NCBI GenBank assembly: GCA_963717145.1
Contig: OY970325.1
Coordinates: forward strand, 512,001 to 576,000
Direction: 5' to 3'
From: an uncultured Armatimonadetes bacterium
Lineage (GTDB): Bacteria > Armatimonadota > UBA5829 > DTJY01
DNA: 64,000 nucleotides
A model generated the notes under the pieces. The model was given only the letters and a program-made list of their open reading frames with translations. It had not been told where the DNA came from and searched no databases. A program made the translations under genes and the position numbers. Below, piece after piece: positions 40,076 to 49,644 of the stretch; the first letter of the stretch is position 1, and each line of letters begins with the position of its first letter.

Positions 40076-43000
40076 TCAACGATCACTCAAGCGATCAGTC
40101 GCCGCTGACCTGCTGGAATCTCGCGCCATCGGCGACGACGATCTTACCCGTCGCGCCGGTGCCGTTTCCGAGCTTGAGGTAGGCGCCCGTCCCGGGCCAG
40201 CGAAGTGCTTGCCGGTGAGCAGCGATCTCCAAGCTCCACCGTTCGTCGACTGGTTCCAGGCCACAGCCTGAGAACCGCCGTCCCAGTAGAGAGTGAACGG
40301 CGCGTTGGTCGCTCTGTTAGATCCTTGCGGATACCAGATGTAAGTGTCGAAGTTGCCGGCATAGGAGATGCTCGGCCGCCAGACAGCCGTCTTGGTCTCG
40401 CTGACAGCGGTGCTGGCGTAGTGGTAGTTGGTTAGGTACTTGTCGGCCGATGTGGTCTGAACCGTCCAAGCGCCGGTGAACGTGCACGCCGGGTTATCGA
40501 CAATCGCCTCCTGGTATCCCGGAGTCGTCGCACCAGCGCTCGTGCTCTGCGCCGAGTTGTTCTGGGCCGCGTCATAGGCCGACACCGTGTAGGTGTACGC
40601 AGTTCCGGGCGATCGGCCACCGTCGGAGTAGCTGGTGGTCGCCGAGGTCCCGATCTGTACGCCGCCTCGGAAGACCTTGTAGCCGGTCACGCCAACATTG
40701 TCCGTGGAAGCGGTCCAGGACAGGTTGATCCTCTGCGGACCGACGGCCGTCGCGGTGAGGCCGGTCGGGACCGTAGGCGGAATACCGTCGAGAGTCGTGG
40801 CGCTCGCCTGGGCGCTCTGGGCCGACTGATTGCCCATCGCGTCGTATGCCGCCACCTTGTAGGTGTAGAGAGTGCCTCCCGCGAGCCCGGTGCTCGAGTA
40901 GGAGGTCGTTGCGCTCGTCCCTATCTCGACGCCGTCCCGGAAGATCCTGTACCCGGTTACTCCCACGTTGTCGGTCGAGGCGGTCCAGGTCAGATTGATC
41001 TGGCTCGACGACACCGGGGTTGCCACCAGGTTGGTCGGCACGGTCGGAGCGGAGATGTCCGTCGACACGAGAAGGAATCGCACCGCATCCGCCATGACAC
41101 TCTTCGACACCTCACCGGTACCGTTGCCGAGCTTCACGTAGCCGGCCGTACCTGCGAGGAATCTCTTATTGGTGAGCAGAGTGTTCCACGCGCCACCACC
41201 GGCTGTCTGGTTGGCGGTCACGGTCTGCGAGCCGCCGTCCCAGTAGACGGTGTAAGGGGCCGCCACAGACCGGTTGCTTCCCTGAGGCCACCATCCGTAG
41301 ATCGTGTAGATCGCGGAGATGTCCATGGTCGGACGGAATGTCGCGGTCGCGGTCTCAGTCGCCTGAGTGGTGATGTACCGGTAGTCGGCGCCATACTTGT
41401 CCGTGGTTGCTGTTCCCGTGAACCACGAGCCCACGTAGGTTGCCGCCGGGTTATCAACGACGATATCCGTTGCATACGGAGTTGTCGCCACGGACTGGTT
41501 GCTCAGCCCGGAGTTGTTCCCTGCCGCGTCGTACGCGCTCACCGTGTAGGTGTAGGTCGTGTTCGGCGAGCAGGTGGTATCTGAGTAGGAGGTCGTCGCG
41601 CTGGTGCCGATCTGTGCGGCGTTGCGGAAGACCTTATACCCGGTGACGCCAACGTTGTCGGTCGAGGCGGTCCAGGCCAGGTTGCACTGGGTCCGGGAGA
41701 TCGCCGTCGCCACGAGTCCTGTCGGCGCGGTCGGAGCGATCGTGTCCGGAGTGGTCACGACTGCCGCTGTGCTCTGCGCCGAGTTGTTACTCGCCGCGTC
41801 ATAGGCACTGACCGTGTAGGAGTAGGTCTGTCCTGCCGAGCAGGTGGTGTCCGAGTAGGTGGTCGTCGCGCTCGTACCGATCTGCACGCCGCCTCGGAAG
41901 ACCTTGTAGCCGGTCACACCGACGTTGTCAGTGGACGCCGTCCACGAGCAGTTCACCTGCGTGCTCGAGATCGCCGTCGCGCTCAGTCCGGTGGGAACGC
42001 TCGGCGGAGTGGTGTCTCCACCTTGCGTCGTCACGGGGACGCCTGCTGTCTGAGCGGAGGTATTCCCCGACCCGTCGTAGGCAGATACCTTGTAGGTATA
42101 TGTGGTGTTCGCGGAAAGGCCGGTGTCCGAGTACGACGGAGCAACGCTCGTACCGATCTGGACGTCGTTCCGGTAGACCTTGTACCCGTTCACGCCCTTG
42201 GCGTCGGAGGAAGCGGCCCACGTCAGGTTGATCTGGGTCTGAGACGTCGCTGTTCCCCCCAGACCTGTCGGCACGCTCGGCGCGGTGGTGTCGAAGCCGT
42301 CGTGCTCGGACAATATGTAGTCCACGATCCAGCGGTTGCCGTGGTTTGTCTGGTCGAAGTCCAGCCGGAGCTGAGTGATATGTCCGGCAGGCCAGGTGGC
42401 GTTCCGGCCAACCGGCAGATAGACATCGGCCCAGGCATCCTGCGCGACGTAGGTGACGTGTGTCGACTTGGACTCGCTCCAGGTGCCGTCCGCGCTCGTG
42501 ATCCAGTATAACGCCATGTCATGGACGTTCGTGCTCCCGTTCTGTGGGAAGACACGTACGTGGATCCAGTCGTTGACGCCGCCGAGGTAGTTGTAGGGGA
42601 AGCCGCTGCCGCTGAGGCTGGGGCTCAGGAGAATGGCGTCATTCGCCGTCTGATCGGTTACGAGAATGCCCGGCCATCCGCCTGATGTCTGCCAGGGTGC
42701 CGTCAACGCGTTGCCGGCGTACCAGCCCATGACATCGCCGGCGTTGTCGTAGTGCCACCAGAGCGCATTCTGCAGCACGAAGTGGTTTACGATCCAGCGG
42801 TTGCCATGGTTCACCTGGTCGAAGTCCAGTCGCAGTTGGTTGATCGTCTGTCCCCACCACTTGGCATTGTTGATGTAGAGGTTGACGGTCGCCCAACTGT
42901 TCTGCGCATTGTAGTTGACGACGGGAGTGGACTTGGGCGCATCCCAGAAGTTCTCACCATTGGTCTTCCAGAAGAGCTGCAGGTCATGCGCTGCCGTGTT

Positions 43001-44356
43001 CCCGTTCTGTGCGTAGAAGTCCACATTGACGGTCTGAGGTCCCCAGACTCCGCCAAAGTTCGTGGCGGGGCTGTGAACGTAGGCGTCATTGCCGGTCTGG
43101 TCGAAGTACATCGATCCGTTCCAGTCGGCGCCGGTCCACCAGATCGCCGACGTGCTGTTGCCGGGAGTCCAGTAGTCATTGCCGCCACCGAACAGGTAAG
43201 GCGGATTGTAGTAGGTCGCGCCGTTCACGACTGAGATCATGTAGCCCCAGTCCCATCCGCCGCCTGGATCCCAGTGGGTCCCGCCGCAGACGCAGTTGTT
43301 GACGTCGACGTGCCCGCAGATACCCGGGGGGCAACCGTTATGCGCCTTCTGAATCCCCCAACTGTCGCAGATATCTCTGCACAGGAGTCCGACGGTATCG
43401 TAGAGCAACTGAGGGTGGCTCGGGGAACCGGCGTACCCCTCGTTCTCGATGCCGATCGCGCGGGAGTTCACGCAGCCCGCGTGCCATGCGCGGTACCACT
43501 CATCGACGCACTGCCATACTCCGCCGCCTTCCGATGTCACGTAGTGAGCGGACACCGAGGAGTTGCAGTTCTTGAACCATGAGCGGCATCCTGCGGCCGT
43601 TCCCTCGATAGTGTGGATGACGATGGTATCCTTCGAGGTTGAAGTGGCGGTGTAGTTGCAGGTAGCCGCTGCGTCCCACACGGCTGGACCGTACTGAGCG
43701 CTCATGGTTCCCGCCACCGCCGCTCCAGGCTCGAGGCTCTTCAGGTCCACCGATCCGATGGACTGCGCAGAGAAGCCGAACCCCTCTCCCTGGCTGTTCA
43801 CGTGTTCGAATCCGCGCTGCAGCTTCTGGAAGACTTCCATTGCGAACAGGCGGCTGTTCTCCTCATCCAGTCCCGCATACGAGATGACCGGATGGAGCCA
43901 CGCATCGATGCCGCCATCCCGGTTGATGCCCGCCGCGTTGGCGAACGAACTCAAGACCGCCGCTGCGGCATTGATATTGGCCTTGGGGTCGGTCTTGGTC
44001 GTCTCAGGCGATGCCCCGACCAGGGAAGCGCCTAGAACCAGGGTGTCCGATCCCAGGATATTGTCTCTGAGAGCCATGATCCCGTAGCCGCCCTCGATTG
44101 TGGGCGCGTCTCCCCGGTTCTCAAAGTTGCTTCCGAACCATCCGAGGGTGAGAAGCAGGTCAAGGGGAACGTTGTACTTCTTCGCCGCCGCCTTGAAGAT
44201 CGGGTTCAACTGGGTGCCCATTGCCAGTGGCTTGGCCACATTGGGATCTCCAGGTACTCTGGCGAGAGTTCCGCCCACCTCTGCGAATGCACAGCTCATC
44301 GCTGCGAGCAGGGCAAAGCCCAACAGCAGCGAGATGAGTGTCTTCGATCTTGCCAT
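40076..44356 (-). CDS. Multidomain N-acetylmuramoyl-L-alanine amidase (SLT-like, Amidase_2, beta-sandwich repeats, 5 FN3, 2 golvesin-like domains)
   Basis: Signal peptide, IVIHTIEG, SAHY, AWHAG, GIENEG, HWDPG and ASTDNVGVTGY FN3 repeats. An indel near 40195 suggests the true stop is ~40095. Confidence 0.9.
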   Translation of the reverse strand: MARSKTLISLLLGFALLAAMSCAFAEVGGTLARVPGDPNVAKPLAMGTQLNPIFKAAAKKYNVPLDLLLTLGWFGSNFENRGDAPTIEGGYGIMALRDNILGSDTLVLGASLVGASPETTKTDPKANINAAAAVLSSFANAAGINRDGGIDAWLHPVISYAGLDEENSRLFAMEVFQKLQRGFEHVNSQGEGFGFSAQSIGSVDLKSLEPGAAVAGTMSAQYGPAVWDAAATCNYTATSTSKDTIVIHTIEGTAAGCRSWFKNCNSSVSAHYVTSEGGGVWQCVDEWYRAWHAGCVNSRAIGIENEGYAGSPSHPQLLYDTVGLLCRDICDSWGIQKAHNGCPPGICGHVDVNNCVCGGTHWDPGGGWDWGYMISVVNGATYYNPPYLFGGGNDYWTPGNSTSAIWWTGADWNGSMYFDQTGNDAYVHSPATNFGGVWGPQTVNVDFYAQNGNTAAHDLQLFWKTNGENFWDAPKSTPVVNYNAQNSWATVNLYINNAKWWGQTINQLRLDFDQVNHGNRWIVNHFVLQNALWWHYDNAGDVMGWYAGNALTAPWQTSGGWPGILVTDQTANDAILLSPSLSGSGFPYNYLGGVNDWIHVRVFPQNGSTNVHDMALYWITSADGTWSESKSTHVTYVAQDAWADVYLPVGRNATWPAGHITQLRLDFDQTNHGNRWIVDYILSEHDGFDTTAPSVPTGLGGTATSQTQINLTWAASSDAKGVNGYKVYRNDVQIGTSVAPSYSDTGLSANTTYTYKVSAYDGSGNTSAQTAGVPVTTQGGDTTPPSVPTGLSATAISSTQVNCSWTASTDNVGVTGYKVFRGGVQIGTSATTTYSDTTCSAGQTYSYTVSAYDAASNNSAQSTAAVVTTPDTIAPTAPTGLVATAISRTQCNLAWTASTDNVGVTGYKVFRNAAQIGTSATTSYSDTTCSPNTTYTYTVSAYDAAGNNSGLSNQSVATTPYATDIVVDNPAATYVGSWFTGTATTDKYGADYRYITTQATETATATFRPTMDISAIYTIYGWWPQGSNRSVAAPYTVYWDGGSQTVTANQTAGGGAWNTLLTNKRFLAGTAGYVKLGNGTGEVSKSVMADAVRFLLVSTDISAPTVPTNLVATPVSSSQINLTWTASTDNVGVTGYRIFRDGVEIGTSATTSYSSTGLAGGTLYTYKVAAYDAMGNQSAQSAQASATTLDGIPPTVPTGLTATAVGPQRINLSWTASTDNVGVTGYKVFRGGVQIGTSATTSYSDGGRSPGTAYTYTVSAYDAAQNNSAQSTSAGATTPGYQEAIVDNPACTFTGAWTVQTTSADKYLTNYHYASTAVSETKTAVWRPSISYAGNFDTYIWYPQGSNRATNAPFTLYWDGGSQAVAWNQSTNGGAWRSLLTGKHFAGPGRAPTSSSETAPARRVRSSSPMARDSSRSAATDRLSDR

Positions 44357-44615
44357 TGCTGAATCTCCTTTCGATTGCATACATTGGGTCATTCCTGGTG
44401 GTTGCGCCTCGATGAAGTCTCCGCTCTCTACCCCCCTTCCTGGAGACGTGACATGGGTCGAGGTCTTCTGTGATCAAGATGACCCTGTCTCGGTTGGTGG
44501 CCGAACCAGACTATTCCACCCGAACCTTAGCGGCCACGTCACAAGGCATGGTGGCTGCCTCTGACATGGCGGAATTGTGGATTGGAGCAGTGTTTCTAAG
44601 CGTTCGGGTTGGTTA
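44357..44615 (-). ncRNA. Candidate structured cis-regulatory 5' leader, copy 1
   Basis: Conserved with 46977-47232 and shows compensatory stem changes. Confidence 0.65.
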
Positions 44616-44620
44616 ACATC

Positions 44621-44649
44621 ATACTAATGCGGTGCGCCCCATATGTCAA
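44621..44649 (-). promoter_or_regulatory. Sigma70-type promoter
   Basis: TTGACA-17 bp-TAGTAT. Confidence 0.75.
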
Positions 44650-44721
44650 GTAGTGATTTTCGCGAGTTTCGCGATTTCGTGAACGAATGGAGGACGAGGC
44701 CGCGGGGAGTGGACAGAGAAC

Positions 44722-44758
44722 CGAGGGTCGGCGCTCAATGAGGAACGCCGACCCTCGA
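44722..44758 (-). terminator. Hairpin downstream of amidase 2
   Basis: CGAGGGTCGGCG / CGCCGACCCTCG 12-bp stem; weak U tract. Confidence 0.55.
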
Positions 44759-44789
44759 TCTGTTACCCGAGTGTCTTCCCAGAGGAAGA

Positions 44790-46976
44790 TCAGCGCCGAA
44801 TCAACATGACGGCATCGGCGACCACTACCTTGCCAGTGGTGGTCCAGCAGGAGAGCTTGACGTTAGTGCTCACCGCGGCGAAGTTCCATGTGCCGAGGCT
44901 GTTCCACGTGCCCCCGCCGGTCTGCTGATTCCTGGTGACGATCTGACTCCCGCCATTGTAGTAGACCGTGTACGCGGCAGTCAGAGACCTGTTTGTTCCC
45001 GCAGTCCACCACGCGTAGACCTCATAGTTGTCAGCGGTCGGGATCGTGCAGTTCCACGTCGCCTGATCGCTGGTGGCGGCGGTGGGTCTGAACCGGTAGT
45101 TGGCTCCGTACTTGTCGGGCGCGGAAGTACCGGTCGACCAGTTCGCGGACGCGGTGAACCCGGTCTCGGCGTTGTCTACAATGATAACCGTGGACTCATT
45201 GACAGCCCCGCACTGTGCGGACTCATTGTTGGCTGCATCATATGCCGATACCGTGTACGAGTATGTAGTCCCCTCGGCCAGGCCGGCATCCGGGTAGCTG
45301 AGTCCCGACACGGAGGTCAGATACCCGCCGTTTCGGTAGATCTTGTACCCCGTCACGCCGACGTTATCCGTGGAAGCATTCCACGCGAGGTTGATCTGGC
45401 TCGTAGACTGAGCAACCGCTATGAGACCTGTAGGCACACTCGGAGGCGTAGTGTCCGCCCCGCCGGTGACCGTGATCCACCATGTAACGTCGCCGCCGAA
45501 CCATGTCACGCTTTCCTGGAGCGGCCGGTACTGCTCCGTGTAGTTACCGGGAGTCATTGGCGCTCTGAGAATGAATGTGAACCTGCCGACCTGACCGGTC
45601 GACACAGCGCTCTGGTCGACGTCGCTCGGGCGGCTGCAGGACAGCCAGTTGCCGTTCTCGAAGAACGGGCTGCAGCGATCCTGAGGGCCCTGAGTGCCGA
45701 GCCGTGTGCCGGCATGGCTCCAGGTTGCTGTCCCATCGTTCATGTATTCGGCCCATGCGATCGCGGTTGACCCGGCGACCATCGACGCGGGGTAAGACTG
45801 GCCGACGTAGTGAGCCGCATAGGACGGAGGAGGCGGAGCGCCTGCCACGACGCCGATGAAGTAGCCCCAGTCCCAGCCGCCGCCCGGATCCCAGTGCGTG
45901 CCGCCGCAGTGGCAGGCATTGGCATCGTTGTGGCCGAGGATTCCAGGGGCACAGCCGCGATGCTCTTTGGGAATACCCCAACTGTTGCAGATGTCTCGAG
46001 TGAGCAGTCCGCAAGCATCGTACAGACTCTGAGGGTGACTCGGTGAACCCGCATAGCCCTCATTCTCGATGCCGACAGAGCGGGGGTTCAGACAGCCCAC
46101 ATGCCATGCCCTGTACCACTCATCGACGCACTGCCAAACTCCACCGGCTTCCGAGACGACGTAGTGAGAGGAAACCTGGGAGGCGCAGTTCTTGAACCAC
46201 GACCGCGCGCCGGCCGCCGTTCCCTCGATAGTGTGGATGATGACGGTATCCTTCGAGGTGGAAGTGGCAGTGTAATTGCAGGTAGCCGCCGCGTCCCAGA
46301 CCGCAGGGCCATACTGAGCACTTTCGGCCGAGGCCAGCGCTGATCCAGGCTCCAGGCTCTTCAGGTTCACCGAGCCGATCGACTGGGATGAGAAGCCGAA
46401 GCCCTCCCCCTCGCTGTTCACGGCATCCAGCCCGCTGTTCAGTTTCTGGAATACTTCCATCGCGAACAGCCGGCTGTTCTCCTCATCCAGTCCCGCATAG
46501 GAGATGACCGGATGAAGCCACGCATCGATCCCGCCATCGCGGTTGATGCCCGCCGCGTTGGCGAACGAACTCAAGACCGCTGCTGCGGCATTGATATTGG
46601 CCTTGGGGTCGGTCTTGACCGTCTCCGCGGACTCTCCGATAAGAGAAGCGCCGAGAACCAGGGTGTCCGATCCCAGGATGTTGTCCCTCAGGGCCATGAT
46701 TCCGTAGCCGCCTTCGATCGTCGGCGCGTCGCCACGGTTCTCGAAGTTGCTTCCGAACCATCCCAGGGTGAGAAGCAGGTCAAGGGGAACGTTGTACTTC
46801 TTCGCTGCTGCCTTGAAGATCGGGTTCAACTGGGTACCCATGGGAAGGGGTTTCGCCACACTGGGATCTCCAGGTACTCTGGCGAGAGTTCCGCCCACCT
46901 CTGCGAATGCACAGCTCATCGCTGCGAGCAGGGCAAATCCCAGGAGCAGCGAGATGAGTGTCTTCGATCTTGCCAT
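44790..46976 (-). CDS. Paralogous amidase (SLT-like, Amidase_2, NBR1-Ig-like, FN3, golvesin-like)
   Basis: N-terminal ~380 aa highly similar to the 40076-44356 gene; different C-terminal modules. Confidence 0.9.
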   Translation of the reverse strand: MARSKTLISLLLGFALLAAMSCAFAEVGGTLARVPGDPSVAKPLPMGTQLNPIFKAAAKKYNVPLDLLLTLGWFGSNFENRGDAPTIEGGYGIMALRDNILGSDTLVLGASLIGESAETVKTDPKANINAAAAVLSSFANAAGINRDGGIDAWLHPVISYAGLDEENSRLFAMEVFQKLNSGLDAVNSEGEGFGFSSQSIGSVNLKSLEPGSALASAESAQYGPAVWDAAATCNYTATSTSKDTVIIHTIEGTAAGARSWFKNCASQVSSHYVVSEAGGVWQCVDEWYRAWHVGCLNPRSVGIENEGYAGSPSHPQSLYDACGLLTRDICNSWGIPKEHRGCAPGILGHNDANACHCGGTHWDPGGGWDWGYFIGVVAGAPPPPSYAAHYVGQSYPASMVAGSTAIAWAEYMNDGTATWSHAGTRLGTQGPQDRCSPFFENGNWLSCSRPSDVDQSAVSTGQVGRFTFILRAPMTPGNYTEQYRPLQESVTWFGGDVTWWITVTGGADTTPPSVPTGLIAVAQSTSQINLAWNASTDNVGVTGYKIYRNGGYLTSVSGLSYPDAGLAEGTTYSYTVSAYDAANNESAQCGAVNESTVIIVDNAETGFTASANWSTGTSAPDKYGANYRFRPTAATSDQATWNCTIPTADNYEVYAWWTAGTNRSLTAAYTVYYNGGSQIVTRNQQTGGGTWNSLGTWNFAAVSTNVKLSCWTTTGKVVVADAVMLIRR

Positions 46977-47232
46977 TGCTGAATCTCCTTTCGATTGCAT
47001 ACATTAGGTCATTCCTGGTGGTTGCGCCTCGATGAAGTCTCCGCTTCTTACCTCCCTTCCTGGAGACGTGACATGGGTCGAGGTCTTCTGCAATCAGGAT
47101 GACCCTGTCTCGGTTGGTGGCCGAACCAAGCTTCTCAGCCTGAACCTTAGCGGCCATGCTGCTGACATGGTGGCTGTCAGTGGCACGACAAGAAGGTGGA
47201 CTGCTGAGCATTTCTAAGCGTCCAAGCTGATA
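46977..47232 (-). ncRNA. Candidate structured cis-regulatory 5' leader, copy 2
   Basis: Conserved with 44357-44615 and shows compensatory stem changes. Confidence 0.65.
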
Positions 47233-47237
47233 TCGCC

Positions 47238-47266
47238 ATCATAATGCGGCGCTTCGAGGATGTCAA
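47238..47266 (-). promoter_or_regulatory. Sigma70-type promoter
   Basis: TTGACA-17 bp-TATGAT. Confidence 0.8.
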
Positions 47267-47270
47267 GCAC

Positions 47271-48398
47271 TTATTTTGCCTTTTTCCTCAGCGACAGCCC
47301 ATAGGCTCTTAGCTGCTCTGGGATGTCAACGATATCGGGGCATTCACCAAAGAGGTACGGGGAGCGGATATGACTACTGCCCACCAACCACGTGCCGCAG
47401 TTGTCGCAATAACCTAGTTCTCGATGATCCACGACAGTCGCTGTTCCCAATGCCTCATGTATGTAGAAATCCCCGATCTTCGCCCTACAGTGCCTGCAGT
47501 GATTCATCAGGTATCTTGATCTAACAGTGTGGCTGTAATCCAAGCGGATGTCTATGTGCCAATCACTCCTGAGTATGGTCGCCAGCGTCAGCCGCTTCCT
47601 AGACGGGATCTCGTCTGCTTCCTCACTCTCCGGTTGTATGGTAGCAATGGGTGTGGTACAGCCGCAGTTGTAGCACGAGTAGTCGGCGAGAACCTCCAGG
47701 GCAAAAGGGAAAAGCACTGAACCGCAGGCCTGGCACTGCGCGCGCGGGTCATCAGTAGTAGACGGAATCCGTCCACAGATGGCGAACGCCCTAGCGTGTC
47801 TCTCCATCAGACTCCTTCGCGCAGGACAGGTATGTGCTCCAGCCAATATTGCGGACAGAGTTATGCGGTCGATAATATCAGGTAGTTCCTCCCACGTTGG
47901 GCTGACAACGTAAACAGGCTTGTTCCATTCGCCCATGTAGTATGAAATGGCAGTATCCTCTGGAGCATGAGATACAACAACCTCTATGACAGCATGCGGA
48001 CTGCCGGAGGTATCCTTGAGTAGGATGTCGGGTATCACCGGCCCGATCTGCGTCTCTACCTCGATCTCGCCTGTCTCTACAATGAGATCAATCGCATGTG
48101 TGTCACGACAGTATGGGCACTTGTAGCTGGCGAGGAACGCGGGATGCGGGTTGATCTCAAGGCTTCGACGGAGGGCGCCAGCTATCATCTCTTTCGCGGC
48201 TTTGTGGAGCGCTGTTTCGCCCGAACACCTGCCATCATTGCTGTGAGCGAAATGCCAGATGCGTTCTTCTCCGCGTCTAGCGATCATGGGCTTGCCACAA
48301 CCAATACAGCGGAAGGGTCCGGTGGCACTGATATTATGCACCAGGGCTATCGTGCCATCTGGACTATAGGCTGCAGAATACACCGCCTTCTTCTTCAT
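47271..48398 (-). CDS. CoiA-like PD-(D/E)XK nuclease with multiple Zn ribbons
   Basis: CIGC...HFAH...ETALHKAAK, PDILL...IEVVVSH and several CxxC pairs; lower GC. Confidence 0.7.
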   Translation of the reverse strand: MKKKAVYSAAYSPDGTIALVHNISATGPFRCIGCGKPMIARRGEERIWHFAHSNDGRCSGETALHKAAKEMIAGALRRSLEINPHPAFLASYKCPYCRDTHAIDLIVETGEIEVETQIGPVIPDILLKDTSGSPHAVIEVVVSHAPEDTAISYYMGEWNKPVYVVSPTWEELPDIIDRITLSAILAGAHTCPARRSLMERHARAFAICGRIPSTTDDPRAQCQACGSVLFPFALEVLADYSCYNCGCTTPIATIQPESEEADEIPSRKRLTLATILRSDWHIDIRLDYSHTVRSRYLMNHCRHCRAKIGDFYIHEALGTATVVDHRELGYCDNCGTWLVGSSHIRSPYLFGECPDIVDIPEQLRAYGLSLRKKAK

Positions 48399-48471
48399 AG
48401 CCTAGCGCCTCGCCAAGTGCTTCATATAGCCTGTGCTCGATGCTCCCAGACCGTCAGATGATTGCTATCTG

Positions 48472-49644
48472 CTACTGACTCAGTTTCAGCAAGACTCCCT
48501 GTCCGGGAGCCAGGTAGTAGTAGAAGGGCGTCGTGTACGGCCGCAGTTTCCCGCTGATCGGATCGAGGTACTCCACCGACTTCACGGGCGCGTTGAACTC
48601 CGGCTGCACGGGTGACGAATGCTGGAGGTCCTTGTTCACGATCATCACCCAGCGCGAGCCGTCCTCATGGGTGAAGTCGCCTGCGATCCAGTTCACACCG
48701 TCCTTCATCGACTTCACGAGCGTCTTGTTGCTCGGGCCATGGTTCTTGTCCGGCACAGCCCCGAAGTGGTACACATCGTCCGATCGGAGCTTCAGGAGCG
48801 TCGGCCCCATGTTCAGTATCTGGCGGTTGATGTTTCTCAGCCAGTCCCAGACCTGCGTCTTCTCGCCGAACTGATCGAGCGGGCCCATGCGAAAGTTCCC
48901 GAGGTCGGGCGCGCCGACGATAGACCCGCTGTAGAACTTGTAGTAGCTCAATCCCTTGCATCCGTACACAAGCGAGCCGAACGTCTGCATCCGCAGGTCG
49001 GTCTGCGTCAACTCACGGTAATGCCAGTGGGGCGCGGTCAGGACGATGTTGTAGAACGGGAGGCCGTGTCTCAAGCCTGCCTCTCGGTAGCGGGCGATCG
49101 TCACCCAGAAGCCGTCGGAGAACCCACCGTCCGCCTGGATGGCGTAGAGGTCGTACGAGAGGATTGGCGGCTTGCAGATGACGCAGAAATCCTCGATGTA
49201 CTTGTCGTATGCATCACCACCGCCGGGCAAAAGGTTGATGTACGGCCACTTGCCGGGCGCTTCCTTCTTGACGAGTTCGACCGCCTTCGCTAGGGCAGGG
49301 TACTCGTCCGCACCCGGCTCGTCCTTGAGGTGATAGCCAAAGACCGCCGGGTGGTCTTTGGTCTGCTCGATCATCTTCGACACCGCCGGCAGGTCGGCGT
49401 AGGCATTGAAGTTGCCGTTGAAGACGATCGCCCGGATGCCGTGTTTGCTGCACGAATCGAGCATCTTCGGCGGCACGAATGCGACCATGTTGATCCCGCA
49501 GTCGGCCATCTTCTTCAAGGTGGCATCGTCGGTCGCGTAGTCCCACGCCATCAGCGGGAACAGCGGTTTCTTCTCAGCAGCACTTGCTCCTGTCATTGCC
49601 ATTACCCCCAGGATCAGTATCAGTGTGATCAGACTGTTCTTCAC
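48472..49644 (-). CDS. Exported hypothetical protein, glycoside hydrolase-like TIM barrel
   Basis: Signal peptide, HPAVFGYHLKDEP, YINLLP, LSYDLY and YGCKGLSYY. Confidence 0.6.
   Translation of the reverse strand: MKNSLITLILILGVMAMTGASAAEKKPLFPLMAWDYATDDATLKKMADCGINMVAFVPPKMLDSCSKHGIRAIVFNGNFNAYADLPAVSKMIEQTKDHPAVFGYHLKDEPGADEYPALAKAVELVKKEAPGKWPYINLLPGGGDAYDKYIEDFCVICKPPILSYDLYAIQADGGFSDGFWVTIARYREAGLRHGLPFYNIVLTAPHWHYRELTQTDLRMQTFGSLVYGCKGLSYYKFYSGSIVGAPDLGNFRMGPLDQFGEKTQVWDWLRNINRQILNMGPTLLKLRSDDVYHFGAVPDKNHGPSNKTLVKSMKDGVNWIAGDFTHEDGSRWVMIVNKDLQHSSPVQPEFNAPVKSVEYLDPISGKLRPYTTPFYYYLAPGQGVLLKLSQ

Noticed and set aside
44357-44615. Known c-di-AMP (ydaO) or c-di-GMP riboswitch, T-box or tRNA
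   Set aside because: By eye, the hallmark consensus segments and a cloverleaf are absent despite the CCACCA motifs; an Rfam search is still needed.
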